From assembly GCA_025451785.1 (NCBI GenBank), contig JANWJV010000007.1:1596-65595 (forward strand): a DNA stretch of 64,000 bases. Direction: 5' to 3'. This document shows positions 10,537-20,063 of the stretch, piece after piece; positions within the stretch are counted from its first letter, which is position 1, and every line of letters starts with the position of its first letter. A model generated the notes under the pieces. It saw nothing but the letters and a program-made list of their open reading frames with translations. It did no database searches and had not been told where the DNA came from. Made by a program: the position numbers and the translations under genes. The stretch comes from Bacteroidia bacterium (GTDB lineage: Bacteria; Bacteroidota; Bacteroidia; JANWJV01).

Positions 10537-11964
10537 TTAACGCTGATTTTGCTTCTCCCCTACTCCTTGCTTTTTATCCTTAGGTTTCGCGATGCGAAAA
10601 AGTGTTTCCTCAATGGCAGGGGGACTGGCCGAAGGGGCTTTCTGGATAAAATAACCTTTGTCGTCAACTAAAAAATACGTGGGCACCATTCGTATCTCAT
10701 ACGTTTGGAGCAGCGACTCATCATCACAATACAATTGCGTCCAATCATATTTAGGGTTCTTGGCAAGAAAGGCCTTCATCTCCTCTTTTGTTTTGTCGGT
10801 GCAAATGCTAACAAACACGATCTTATTGCCGTACTTCTTCCGGTAGTCCTGCATCAATTTCATTTCCTGCAGGCAGGTGTTGTTGGCGCTCGACCAGAAA
10901 TTGAAATACACATGCTTCCCTTTAAAGCCTGACAGCTTCACTTCTTTCCCCTGAAGGTCCTTCAGTACGATCTCAGGTGCTTTTTTGCCGGCAACGATCC
11001 TCGGAAATACAGCCAGCATGTTTTCCGCGATCTTGCGGTGCTCCTGCACCTTTCCTTTTGCGCCTATCTCTTCAAGGATAGTGATGATTCCTTCGGTACT
11101 GTAGCGGCCTGAATAATAGAATTCCCAAAGGCCCTTTAGCAGCACCAGCTCACGCAGGGTATCGTTCTTCAGCTGTTTATCGAGGGCCATTGTTTCCATC
11201 ATAGCAGCATACTCCGGTTTGCCATTTACGATGGAAGGGATCCTTGCCCCGGCATCGGTAAGCGTAAATTCCTGCAAGCGCCCTTTAAAGAACTCATTGA
11301 AAAAGTTCATGTATTCCAGGTTATCGTAATAAATGGGTCTTGAAACAAGATAATCGCGCGCGATGTTGTTGGAGCCGCGGCCGAAGGTGTTCTCTTCAAT
11401 GGCAGCGATGGCGTATTCAACATGCGTATGGAAATAAGGCTTGCGAACCTTTACATAGTGTTCTTTGATGGCGAGCTTAAAGGAATCCATCTTCGCCCTA
11501 GAGCGCTTGGCGATGAAGTACTGGTAATAACGGCTCCAGAACTTATCGAACTGCCGGTTATAATCGATGATCAGCGCGTTGATGTCGAGAGAGTCTTTAA
11601 GATAGAACTCAAGGTTCACATTGTATTCGGGCCTGCTGGAGGAAGCGGAAGTGCTGTCGGAAACAGGCGGAACGTACAAGGTATATAACCCGCCAGGCTC
11701 CGCGAAGAAATTGCCCTTTACGTTACCTATCTTAAGGAACAACGGACGGATGTGATCAAGCGTAACATCCAGGTTAAAGTTGCCGGCAGTATCGAGCGTT
11801 GCCTTGCCCAATGATCTTTCACGGAAAGTGATAAGGTCGGTATAGGTATATACGGTGAGCTCCTTTCCGCGATAGGAATTTCCATTGCCCCTTATCTGCG
11901 TCTTTTGCGCGGAGAGGTTCTGAACAAATAAAACAAGAGAAAAAACGAGCGCGGCGATCCTCAT
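10537..11964 (-). CDS. thioredoxin-fold (TlpA/redoxin-like) protein with degenerate active site
   Basis: Signal peptide. The C-terminal thioredoxin-like domain reads FNFWSSANNTC where the paralog at 23866-24960 has FWASWCGPC. Confidence 0.7.
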   Translation of the reverse strand: MRIAALVFSLVLFVQNLSAQKTQIRGNGNSYRGKELTVYTYTDLITFRERSLGKATLDTAGNFNLDVTLDHIRPLFLKIGNVKGNFFAEPGGLYTLYVPPVSDSTSASSSRPEYNVNLEFYLKDSLDINALIIDYNRQFDKFWSRYYQYFIAKRSRAKMDSFKLAIKEHYVKVRKPYFHTHVEYAIAAIEENTFGRGSNNIARDYLVSRPIYYDNLEYMNFFNEFFKGRLQEFTLTDAGARIPSIVNGKPEYAAMMETMALDKQLKNDTLRELVLLKGLWEFYYSGRYSTEGIITILEEIGAKGKVQEHRKIAENMLAVFPRIVAGKKAPEIVLKDLQGKEVKLSGFKGKHVYFNFWSSANNTCLQEMKLMQDYRKKYGNKIVFVSICTDKTKEEMKAFLAKNPKYDWTQLYCDDESLLQTYEIRMVPTYFLVDDKGYFIQKAPSASPPAIEETLFRIAKPKDKKQGVGEKQNQR

Positions 11965-12425
11965 TTGAGGTCCACCCCCCGGGGGACGAAGGCAGAAGCG
12001 TTCCCTTTGTTCCGGATAATATCCCTGATGATAGTTGAACTGATGGCGGAGTATTCCGGCAGCGAAAGGATGAAAACGGTCTCGGTCTCGGAGGCCATGG
12101 CCCTGTTCATTTGCGCAATGCCCCGCTCGAACTCAAAATCGGCGGAGGTGCGCAGGCCCCGGAGTATATAGTTGGCTTTTATCTTTTTGCAGAAATCGAT
12201 GGTAAGACCTTCGTAGGTCTCGATCCTCACCTTTTTTTCGCCGGCAAATGTTTTGGCGATCCATTCCTTGCGTTTTTCGATCGGGAAGAAATAGTTCTTG
12301 GTGGAGTTGATACCGATGGCGATCACCAGCTCATCGAACAAAGGCAGGGCGCGGCGGATCACCGACTCATGGCCGATGGTGATGGGATCGAAGGAACCCG
12401 GGAATACCGCTATCTTACTGCTCAT
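11961..12425 (-). CDS. coaD: pantetheine-phosphate adenylyltransferase
   Basis: 154 aa. FPGSFDPITIGH nucleotidyltransferase motif and ISSTIIRD near the C-terminus. Confidence 0.95.
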   Translation of the reverse strand: MSSKIAVFPGSFDPITIGHESVIRRALPLFDELVIAIGINSTKNYFFPIEKRKEWIAKTFAGEKKVRIETYEGLTIDFCKKIKANYILRGLRTSADFEFERGIAQMNRAMASETETVFILSLPEYSAISSTIIRDIIRNKGNASAFVPRGVDLK

Positions 12426-12966
12426 TTGTTTGCTTTTTACCGAAAATACTAAAATTTATCTTGCCGTACTCCCGCCTCTCCAAAAAGTGTTCCTCCTTTG
12501 AAAGCGAGGTGCGCGAAGAGTGTTCTATGATAAGCATACCACCCTCCTCCAGCAATCCTTTTTCAAACACCAGCGCGCGCAATCCAGGATAATTGTCGTA
12601 CTCAAAAGGCGGGTCCGCAAAAATGAGGTCATACCGCCCGGTGGTATTTTTAAGGAACGCTGTGGCCTCCCCTTTTATTGCATGGATCGCCTCCAGCTTT
12701 ATTGTTTCCGCCGTTTTCTTTATAAAGGCTACACAGTTATAGTGGCTGTCAACAGCTGTTACCGCGGCGGCTCCGCGGGAGGCAAACTCATAGGCGATGC
12801 TGCCTATTCCGCTGAACAGGTCCAGCACCTTCAACCCTTCAAAATCAATGCGGTTGTTCAGCACGTTGAACAATCCTTCCTTCGCAAAATCGGTGGTAGG
12901 GCGCACCGGCAAGTTCTTCGGCGCTATGATGTTCCTTCCCTTATGACTCCCGCTGATGATCCTCAT
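12415..12966 (-). CDS. rsmD: 16S rRNA (guanine966-N2)-methyltransferase RsmD
   Basis: MRIISGSHKGRNI...PVRPT and the FADPPF motif. The ATG at 12966 is preferred over the TTG at 12978. It forms an ATGA overlap with the upstream gene. Confidence 0.9.
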   Translation of the reverse strand: MRIISGSHKGRNIIAPKNLPVRPTTDFAKEGLFNVLNNRIDFEGLKVLDLFSGIGSIAYEFASRGAAAVTAVDSHYNCVAFIKKTAETIKLEAIHAIKGEATAFLKNTTGRYDLIFADPPFEYDNYPGLRALVFEKGLLEEGGMLIIEHSSRTSLSKEEHFLERREYGKINFSIFGKKQTNEQ

Positions 12967-13835
12967 TTGGCCTGGCAAAGGAGGCTGTAATAAAAGTGCG
13001 CCGGAGCCTCGTTAAGCTTGTAGCTGTAGGTAAAACCTTCGGGGCGCTCGCCGAACTTCAGGTTCCGGATGTATTTATAAACAACATTGTAAAGCGTGGA
13101 GTTCTTCTCCACTTCACCCAGCAGCACCAGGTCAATGTTCTCGGGGTTGAGCTTAAGCTGCTCACAAACAAAGAGCAGGTAATAGATAAAATCCTCACTG
13201 GTTTGGTGACGAAAGGAATTGAAGAACAGCATGGAGGCGCCTTCCATCACCAGCACTTCAAAATGAGAGGCCTGCACATGCACAATAGCGCGCTTGCCGG
13301 GCTGGTTCTTATATTTCCCCAAAAGACTATCGATGATGGCCGATGAACTGTGGTGCAGCTCAGCGCCGGGAAATAACTCGCCGATCTTTGCCTGCAGGCT
13401 CTTAGGCATCGCGAACAAGTTCTTGGCGCCAAGGCCTTTCAGGTTGTCAACCAATGTGATCTCATCGCCTTCAAGGGTGTGATTGAACTTCATGAAGTTC
13501 TCCTTATCGCCGTTCTCAAATAAGGGAGCAGGTATAAGCGTTGACTTGGCACCATCGAATGCCACGATCGTTCTTTTGAACTTCTCGTTCAGGAACTTAC
13601 TTTGCTTCACGAGGTTCCCCAGCGTATCGCAAAGCGAAGAATAGTTATAGATGTTCAAAAAGGAATAGGACTCCAGCAACAGGTATTTGTTCTTTCCCGG
13701 GTCAAGGATGCAATAGGAAAGTCCGTCCATTCCCAGCAATACTGCAAGCTGGTAAGTACCCGAAAGTGCCGCGTCGTACGCTTCGTCGGTATAACTTGCG
13801 GTCAGAGAGACCTGGTTCTTTACTTCAGGGCTCAT
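12963..13835 (-). CDS. DUF3822 family protein
   Basis: 290 aa with no signal peptide. Its position upstream of rsmD-coaD matches my recollection of Bacteroidota synteny. ATGA overlaps occur at both ends. Confidence 0.6.
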   Translation of the reverse strand: MSPEVKNQVSLTASYTDEAYDAALSGTYQLAVLLGMDGLSYCILDPGKNKYLLLESYSFLNIYNYSSLCDTLGNLVKQSKFLNEKFKRTIVAFDGAKSTLIPAPLFENGDKENFMKFNHTLEGDEITLVDNLKGLGAKNLFAMPKSLQAKIGELFPGAELHHSSSAIIDSLLGKYKNQPGKRAIVHVQASHFEVLVMEGASMLFFNSFRHQTSEDFIYYLLFVCEQLKLNPENIDLVLLGEVEKNSTLYNVVYKYIRNLKFGERPEGFTYSYKLNEAPAHFYYSLLCQAK

Positions 13836-15670
13836 GGATTGCTGTTCTTAAGACGTTCCCACTCCTGAACGATATTCTGCTCGTACGCAAAGCCAAGCTG
13901 GCCGGCTTTCTGCGCGTCGGCAATTGCCTTACTGTATTCTTTCTTTGCCGCGTAAACAAGGGCGCGGAAATAGTAGATCTTGCCGTTGCTTGGATTCTTT
14001 TCTATAGAGAGGTTATATTTCGATATCGCGGTATCAAACTCTCCCTTCTTGAAATAAGCAACGCCCATGTTGTTGAGGGCATCAATACGCTCGGGGTCGA
14101 TGCGCAGCACGCGTTTGAAATCGCTGATGCCCTGGTCGTACTTATTATAGATATCGGTATACATGCTGCCCCGGTTCAAAAAGGTTTGCGGTTCAGTGGT
14201 ATCGAGCCTTACTGAAGTTGTGTAGTCAGCCATGGCCAGGTCGTACATCTTTTGCCGTTCATACGAAAGCCCGCGATTCATGTATAGCCTGCCGTACGTA
14301 GAGTCGAGCGATATGCCTTTGTTGAAATCGGTAATGGCCTCGGCGTATTTCCCAAATTCATTGTACATATAGCCGCGGTTGTTGTAGGGTATCTTGTTGT
14401 CAGGATATTTTTCGATGACATCGCTCCAGAAGCTCACCGAATCCTTCCAGGCGGGAATGCGGCCGAAGGTAACTACGCAAAGGATGCCGATGAATGCCAG
14501 CGCCACATATTGCGCTGATGACTTGAGGCCGCTTAGGGCCGGGTACCTGGCGGCATTCACCGTCAGGTGACCAATAAGAAAGAACAAGCCGAGGTAGGGT
14601 ATGTAAGTATACCGTTCGGAAATGATCGTCTCTCCTACCGGCAGGAACTGCAGCACAGGAAAAATGGTGAGCAGGAAAATGAGCAGGCTGCCAACAACGT
14701 TCCTGTCGTTCCTCAGTTTCATATACACCAGCACCACCAACCCTATGATGATAATGGGCGCTAGGTAAATGATCATTGGAATATCTTCACCACTCTTAAA
14801 CGGATACGGATGGTAACCCGAAAGCTTGAAAGGGATGATGGCCTTTACGATGTAAAGCAATAAACCATAATTACCCACAAAGAGGCTGTCGAGAATGGAA
14901 AGCTTGAACACGTTCACAGCGGGTGTTGTTTTCTGCGCGATGATGGCGATATAGCCAAATACCAGCGCAAGCGCGAAGAAGGGTATCTTCTCCAGAATGG
15001 CCTGGCGGTCGAACTTACGGTGGCGCATGTAATCGATGATCACCAACACCACCGGCAGCGTTACGGCTTGTCCTTTGCTGAGCAGCGAGCCGAGGAAGAA
15101 CAACAAGGTGAGCGCGAGCTCTTTCATGGAGTTCCCTTTCTCGAGGTAACGCATATAGAACACCAGCGAAAGCAGGTAGAACATTCCGTACAATACATCA
15201 CGGCGCTCGGCCACCCAGGCCACCGACTCGAGGTGCAGCGGGTGAATACCGAAGAGCAGCGCGGCGATGGCAGCTACCATTACCTGCTTATTGGTAAGCA
15301 TGTGCACGAACACAAATACCAGGAAGGTGTTTGCCAGGTGAATGAGAAGGGCCGTAACGTGAAAGGTCTTGGGTTGTAACCCTCCTGCTATCTTATAATC
15401 AATGGCATAAGAGAATATGGAAAGCGGGCAATAGTTGCCCATGGCGTAGGTGCTGAACATCTTACTGATGTTCTCACCGCTAAGCGCGGTGATGTGTGGA
15501 TTGCCCAGCACAAAAGTGGGATCATCCCAGTTGAGGAAGTCGGCCGACATGACCTTAAAGAGCACCACGAAGGTGATAAACACCACGCCGATGGCATAAG
15601 GCCAGAAGCCGGGAGCGGCAGTACTTTTTTGCGCTCCTCCTCCTTTTTTATTTGCCTGTTTGGCAGCCAT
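13832..15670 (-). CDS. polytopic membrane protein (GT-C/PMT- or TMTC-like) with C-terminal TPR repeats
   Basis: About 10 predicted TM helices in the N-terminal 400 aa, then about 6 TPR units (YNNRGYMYNEFGKYAEAITDFNKGISLD...). Confidence 0.7.
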   Translation of the reverse strand: MAAKQANKKGGGAQKSTAAPGFWPYAIGVVFITFVVLFKVMSADFLNWDDPTFVLGNPHITALSGENISKMFSTYAMGNYCPLSIFSYAIDYKIAGGLQPKTFHVTALLIHLANTFLVFVFVHMLTNKQVMVAAIAALLFGIHPLHLESVAWVAERRDVLYGMFYLLSLVFYMRYLEKGNSMKELALTLLFFLGSLLSKGQAVTLPVVLVIIDYMRHRKFDRQAILEKIPFFALALVFGYIAIIAQKTTPAVNVFKLSILDSLFVGNYGLLLYIVKAIIPFKLSGYHPYPFKSGEDIPMIIYLAPIIIIGLVVLVYMKLRNDRNVVGSLLIFLLTIFPVLQFLPVGETIISERYTYIPYLGLFFLIGHLTVNAARYPALSGLKSSAQYVALAFIGILCVVTFGRIPAWKDSVSFWSDVIEKYPDNKIPYNNRGYMYNEFGKYAEAITDFNKGISLDSTYGRLYMNRGLSYERQKMYDLAMADYTTSVRLDTTEPQTFLNRGSMYTDIYNKYDQGISDFKRVLRIDPERIDALNNMGVAYFKKGEFDTAISKYNLSIEKNPSNGKIYYFRALVYAAKKEYSKAIADAQKAGQLGFAYEQNIVQEWERLKNSNP

Positions 15671-15759
15671 GATGGGTGCTTTTTTCGCTCGGGATGGTGT
15701 TCAAAACAAAACTACGATTTTTTAATGAACGGGTCGGGCGGGGTGTATCTTTGAGGACC

Positions 15760-17163
15760 ATGCAAGGCACAGAGTTCCGTCAGCATTTTCTCAAGCACTT
15801 CGGCCATGAACCTACGGAGGAACAATTGCTTTTGGTCGACAAGCTCTCGCATTTTGTTTGCGGGGGCCATGAGCAGCTGTTCGTATTGAAAGGCTATGCG
15901 GGAACAGGTAAGACCAGCCTGGTGAGCGCATTGGTAAAAGCCCTGCCCGCGGCAAAAAAGCAAGCTGTATTGATGGCGCCCACAGGCAGAGCCGCCAAGG
16001 TACTCTCGAACTATTCGGGACAGCAGGCCTTCACGATCCATAAGAAGATCTACCGCAGGCTTAGCACGGGCGAAGGCGGAAGCCGTTTTATAGTGCAGCC
16101 CAATATCCACCACAATACTTTGTTCATTGTTGACGAAGCCTCCATGATACCGGGACGCGATATTCGATCGGACAACAGTTTGCTCGACGACCTTTTGCAG
16201 TATGTATTCTCGGGCATGGGCTGCCGCCTCATTTTTGTTGGCGACAGCGCGCAGCTGCCGCCGGTTGGTTTAGAGCTGAGCCCGGCGCTCGACGCCAAAG
16301 CATTGAAGGACTATCATGTTCCCATGGCGGGCATAGAGTTGAAAGATGTTGTACGGCAAGACAAGGAATCGGGCATCCTGGCCAACGCCACTCAGTTGAG
16401 AAAGCGCATCGGCACAGGTAAGAAAGAAGTGCCGCAATTTTTCCTGGATGGCTTCAGCGACATCGAACGCATCAGCGGGCTGGAGCTGGAAGACGCGCTT
16501 AACGATTCGTACGGAAAGGCGGGCGCCGAAGAGACCATAGTGGTTTGCCGTTCCAACAAGCGCGCGAACATTTATAACCAACAGATACGCGCCCGCATCC
16601 GCTGGCAGGAAAGCGAGATATCGGCAGGCGATTACCTTATGGTGGTGAAGAACAATTATTTCTGGCTGCCTCCTGAGTCCTCCGCAGGCTTCATTGCCAA
16701 CGGCGACACCGCGGAAGTGATGAAACTGACCAACCGTGAAGAGCTCGATGGCTTTGTTTTCACTGACGCCAAACTTCGCCTGGTGGATTACCCCAACGAG
16801 CCTGTGCTGGAAACCAAGTTATTGCTGAACACCATTATGGCTGAATCGCCGGCGCTCTCACAAGCTGAGAGCAAACGGTTCTACGAAGTGATAAGCGCCC
16901 AATACACCGAGATAACCAACAAGCGCAAACGACTGCAAAAAGTAAAAGAGGATCCCTATTTCAATGCCCTGCAGGTAAAGTTCGCTTACGCGGTGACCTG
17001 TCACAAGGCCCAGGGCGGACAATGGAAGAACGTGTTCGTGGAGCAGGGTTATGTTACAGAGGAGATGATCAACAACGATTTCCTGCGGTGGTTATACACC
17101 GGCGTTACGAGGGCTACTTCAAAGCTCTACCTCGTGAACTTTAACAAGGAATTTTTCGAATGA
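15760..17163 (+). CDS. RecD/Pif1-like ATP-dependent DNA helicase
   Basis: Walker A GYAGTGKT, Walker B FIVDEASMI, and a C-terminal AYAVTCHKAQGGQW (UvrD_C_2-like). The ATG at 15760 is preferred over the track start at 15676. Confidence 0.85.
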   Translation: MQGTEFRQHFLKHFGHEPTEEQLLLVDKLSHFVCGGHEQLFVLKGYAGTGKTSLVSALVKALPAAKKQAVLMAPTGRAAKVLSNYSGQQAFTIHKKIYRRLSTGEGGSRFIVQPNIHHNTLFIVDEASMIPGRDIRSDNSLLDDLLQYVFSGMGCRLIFVGDSAQLPPVGLELSPALDAKALKDYHVPMAGIELKDVVRQDKESGILANATQLRKRIGTGKKEVPQFFLDGFSDIERISGLELEDALNDSYGKAGAEETIVVCRSNKRANIYNQQIRARIRWQESEISAGDYLMVVKNNYFWLPPESSAGFIANGDTAEVMKLTNREELDGFVFTDAKLRLVDYPNEPVLETKLLLNTIMAESPALSQAESKRFYEVISAQYTEITNKRKRLQKVKEDPYFNALQVKFAYAVTCHKAQGGQWKNVFVEQGYVTEEMINNDFLRWLYTGVTRATSKLYLVNFNKEFFE

Positions 17164-17164
17164 T

Positions 17165-17719
17165 CTAGAAGCCTGTCTCCAGCTTCTCGAAGAACTTGCG
17201 TACTGCTTTCGGCATCGCGTCGAGCAGCGCGGCGCTCTCAGGGTTATTAGGATCGTACACCAGCTTTTCCTCCTTTTCATCGCGCACCCTTGCGGTGTTG
17301 TGCGTTTTTACAACAGCCTTTTGCATGCCACCGGATACCGCGAACTCGAAGAACACTTTGTACACCGTGCGATTATTGATCTTCATATTGGTGGCCTCCA
17401 TGCCCGTTACTTTTCCTGCGGTGAGGATACCGTTTTGAACCAGGTGCAGGTATTTTTTGTTCACACGCATGGAAATGAGCAGCATGATAATACCTGCGAG
17501 CGGGAACATCAGGGGGAAAAGCGCGATCCAGCGGGGGGCGCTGCTGGCTTCCTGCGTTTGCAACACACCGGTAACGGTAAAGGCCATTACGCCGCCAAAT
17601 ACGGCGAAGAAAAGTCCCATGAGGGTGAGCGGGTTACCAAGGAGGATCCGGAACTTTACCCCGCCCGGGATCTGACGGGGAAGGTTAAAGTTGGCCGCTG
17701 AGGAAATGGAGCTCCCCAT
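17165..17719 (-). CDS. DUF3592-like membrane protein
   Basis: Two TM helices followed by a beta-rich domain (GKVTGMEATNMKINNRTVYKVFFEF). Confidence 0.55.
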   Translation of the reverse strand: MGSSISSAANFNLPRQIPGGVKFRILLGNPLTLMGLFFAVFGGVMAFTVTGVLQTQEASSAPRWIALFPLMFPLAGIIMLLISMRVNKKYLHLVQNGILTAGKVTGMEATNMKINNRTVYKVFFEFAVSGGMQKAVVKTHNTARVRDEKEEKLVYDPNNPESAALLDAMPKAVRKFFEKLETGF

Positions 17720-19060
17720 TTACTTGCTCACCGAAAATTTCTCGGTGATGCGCTTATGCTCCGTGCTGATCGTTACAAAATAAACACCGGCAGGCCATGC
17801 GGAAGCATCAAGCTTCCATTCCTGGAGGCCGGCATTGAGTGTTCCAATGTCTTCATGAAACACACATTCACCGAGAGTATTTACCACATTCATCTCCGCC
17901 TTAGCGGTTTTCTCAAGCGTAAACGAAACGTTTGTATTTCCTGAAACGGGATTAGGATAAATAAGCGCTTTGCCTTTCTCAGCTTGCGCAAGAACTTGTC
18001 CGAGGGTAATGCCGGTCCATTTAAATACGCCACCGGTAGTAGAGCTTTGATTGATGCCGCCGGTATAGCCTGTATTGATATCAAGGAACTCGATGAAGGT
18101 ATGCTGTACTGTATCGATCTGTGTCCAGTTCTGGCCGCCATCGAGACTATACGCTGTGCCACCAAATTTGGAGCCGATGCCATTGCTAGAGGATATCCAG
18201 GTATCGGCAGTGCCGGGAACATATTCAATGTCCCATTTTTTCATAGGACCGCTTACAGTGATAGGAGTCCAGGTAACGCCGCCGTCAGTAGTCTTCTTAA
18301 TGTTGGTGCCAATGCCGATAGAGTCCTTAATAATACCATAGCTCGCGTCTTTCATTGAGATGGCCTGTACCAATTGATAACCTGAATTGGAAACGGTCCA
18401 GTTAAGGCCGCCGTCGGTCGACTTGAACACGCGCCCTTTGTTGGTGCCGAACCAGATATCGCTGTTTCCGTTCACAGCATAAACATCGGTATATGCGTAC
18501 TCGCCGCTCTGGTGAAGAGGGATCTGGGTTACAGGGGTGCGCACCCAGTTGGCGCCGCCGTTGGTGGTAGTATAAATTTCAAAGCCCGCTCCGTTGCCGG
18601 TATTGGGGTTAGGATCGCCCACGCAAAAGCCGCGGGTACTACTGAACATGTGTACAAAGTTGGGGAAGCCGGTAGGGCCCATGAACTTGGCCGAATCCTG
18701 GCGTGTCCAGGTAGAGCCGCCGTCGGAAGTGCGGAAGATACCGCCGCCGCCGTTGGTGCCGTCGTACATGGCTACCCAGCAATCGTTGGCTGTTACCGCG
18801 CAAATATTGGAGAAGTCGAGTCCGCTGGCGCCTGTTACGGTGCCTACTGTCCAGGTACTGCCTCCGTTGGTGGTCACGCTGTAATCCTGTGTGGGAGTGC
18901 TGCCGCTGATATAGCTGGTGCACCAGGCATTGCTGGCGTCAACGATACTGTGATAGTAAACGGAGCGGTTGGTAGAGAAGCCGCTGTTCTGCACGGTCCA
19001 CTGTGCTTGTGACGCGATGCAGGAAAGAACTGATGCGGAAAGGAGTAATAACTTTTTCAT
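17720..19060 (-). CDS. BNR/Asp-box beta-propeller protein (Ycf48/sialidase-like) with T9SS CTD
   Basis: Signal peptide. Repeated SxDGGxTW boxes (TTNGGSTWT, SDGGSTWT, TTNGGANW, STDGGLNWT, TTDGGVTWT, SLDGGQNWT). CTD IYPNPVSGNT...GVYFVTI. Confidence 0.8.
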   Translation of the reverse strand: MKKLLLLSASVLSCIASQAQWTVQNSGFSTNRSVYYHSIVDASNAWCTSYISGSTPTQDYSVTTNGGSTWTVGTVTGASGLDFSNICAVTANDCWVAMYDGTNGGGGIFRTSDGGSTWTRQDSAKFMGPTGFPNFVHMFSSTRGFCVGDPNPNTGNGAGFEIYTTTNGGANWVRTPVTQIPLHQSGEYAYTDVYAVNGNSDIWFGTNKGRVFKSTDGGLNWTVSNSGYQLVQAISMKDASYGIIKDSIGIGTNIKKTTDGGVTWTPITVSGPMKKWDIEYVPGTADTWISSSNGIGSKFGGTAYSLDGGQNWTQIDTVQHTFIEFLDINTGYTGGINQSSTTGGVFKWTGITLGQVLAQAEKGKALIYPNPVSGNTNVSFTLEKTAKAEMNVVNTLGECVFHEDIGTLNAGLQEWKLDASAWPAGVYFVTISTEHKRITEKFSVSK

Positions 19061-19095
19061 GTCAGGTTTTAATTTATTGAGGGTGCAAATATAGA

Positions 19096-19890
19096 TTATT
19101 CTTTAACGATGCGGGCCGTATAGCTTCTTGTACCGTTGGCAGAGACCAGGTAAACTCCGGCAGGAAGGCGGCTGATATCGATGCTTACAGGTGAAGAGGC
19201 ATTCGCTTCCAGTACCGAGGAATATATTTTCTCGCCCAGCATATTAATGATCTCCACTTTCCATTTACCGTTCTCCAACTCCATATAGATAAGATTGGAC
19301 GTGGGATTGGGAGAAACACTGAGCTTCGCCTTCTCGCTTTTCTGTATCCCTGTACTTGTATTTACCGTTACGCTGGTACATTTAGTACATCCATTCTTAT
19401 CTGTGATACAAACGGTATACGTGCCAGGTATAAGCCCCGTAGCGGTTTGCAGCGTGGTGCCGTTGCTCCATGAGTAGGAATAACCGGGGGTGCCGCCGCT
19501 GCCGGTAGCCGAAGCGCTTCCATTAGGACAACTGCCGCAGGTGGCCGAACTGGAAGAGGTGGGGAGGTTAAGCTGTGTAGGCGAATTAATGGCCACGCCA
19601 ACAGAATAAGTGTCGCCGCCGGCATCGCGCACGGTAAAAGTATAGCTGCCGGCACAAAGGCCGCTGGCAGTAAGTGTCTTCTGACCGCTGGTCCACGTAT
19701 ACGTATAAGGAGAAGTACCTCCGCTGATGCTTGCCGTAGCGCTGCCGTTGCAGTCGCCGAAGCATTTTACATCGACCACATTAATAATGGTGGCGGATAC
19801 TTGCTGGGCTCTTGCCGCAAAAGGCAAACCCGCCGCCGCTAAAGCTATGGCGGGTAAACAGGCAATGAACAGGCGGGTAGTTTTTTTCAT
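19096..19890 (-). CDS. SprB-repeat protein with T9SS CTD
   Basis: Two Cys-rich units (CFGDCNGSATASISGGTSPYTYTWTSG and CGSCPNGSASATGSGGTPGYSYSWSNG). CTD VSPNPTSN...GVYLVSA. Confidence 0.75.
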   Translation of the reverse strand: MKKTTRLFIACLPAIALAAAGLPFAARAQQVSATIINVVDVKCFGDCNGSATASISGGTSPYTYTWTSGQKTLTASGLCAGSYTFTVRDAGGDTYSVGVAINSPTQLNLPTSSSSATCGSCPNGSASATGSGGTPGYSYSWSNGTTLQTATGLIPGTYTVCITDKNGCTKCTSVTVNTSTGIQKSEKAKLSVSPNPTSNLIYMELENGKWKVEIINMLGEKIYSSVLEANASSPVSIDISRLPAGVYLVSANGTRSYTARIVKE

Positions 19891-20063
19891 GCGTTTACAA
19901 ATTTAAGCTAAGATACGCCATGAGCCGGAATCACGCAAGTGGCGCTCGTTTGCTAAGCAGAAACCATCGTTCAATAAGCAGAAGAGCGCAAATGCATAAA
20001 ACTTATCCTGCGGTTTGGCGGCCTAATATCTCTTACTTACTTTTATGCTTAAACATTGTGAAC

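Noticed and set aside
15760-17719. RecD-like helicase plus DUF3592 membrane protein as a two-gene defence system
   Set aside because: The genes are convergent, so they are not co-transcribed. The helicase looks like the widespread housekeeping RecD/Pif1-like type. There is no nuclease or effector domain.
19920-20063. N-terminal extensions in the ORF track (also 21964-22005, 3638-3889, 37929-38030, 15676-15759, 49853-49921, 50115-50267, 51363-51401 and 58912-58995)
   Set aside because: In each case an internal ATG gives a canonical signal peptide or a family-typical N-terminus. The extension is Arg/Cys/His-rich with no features.
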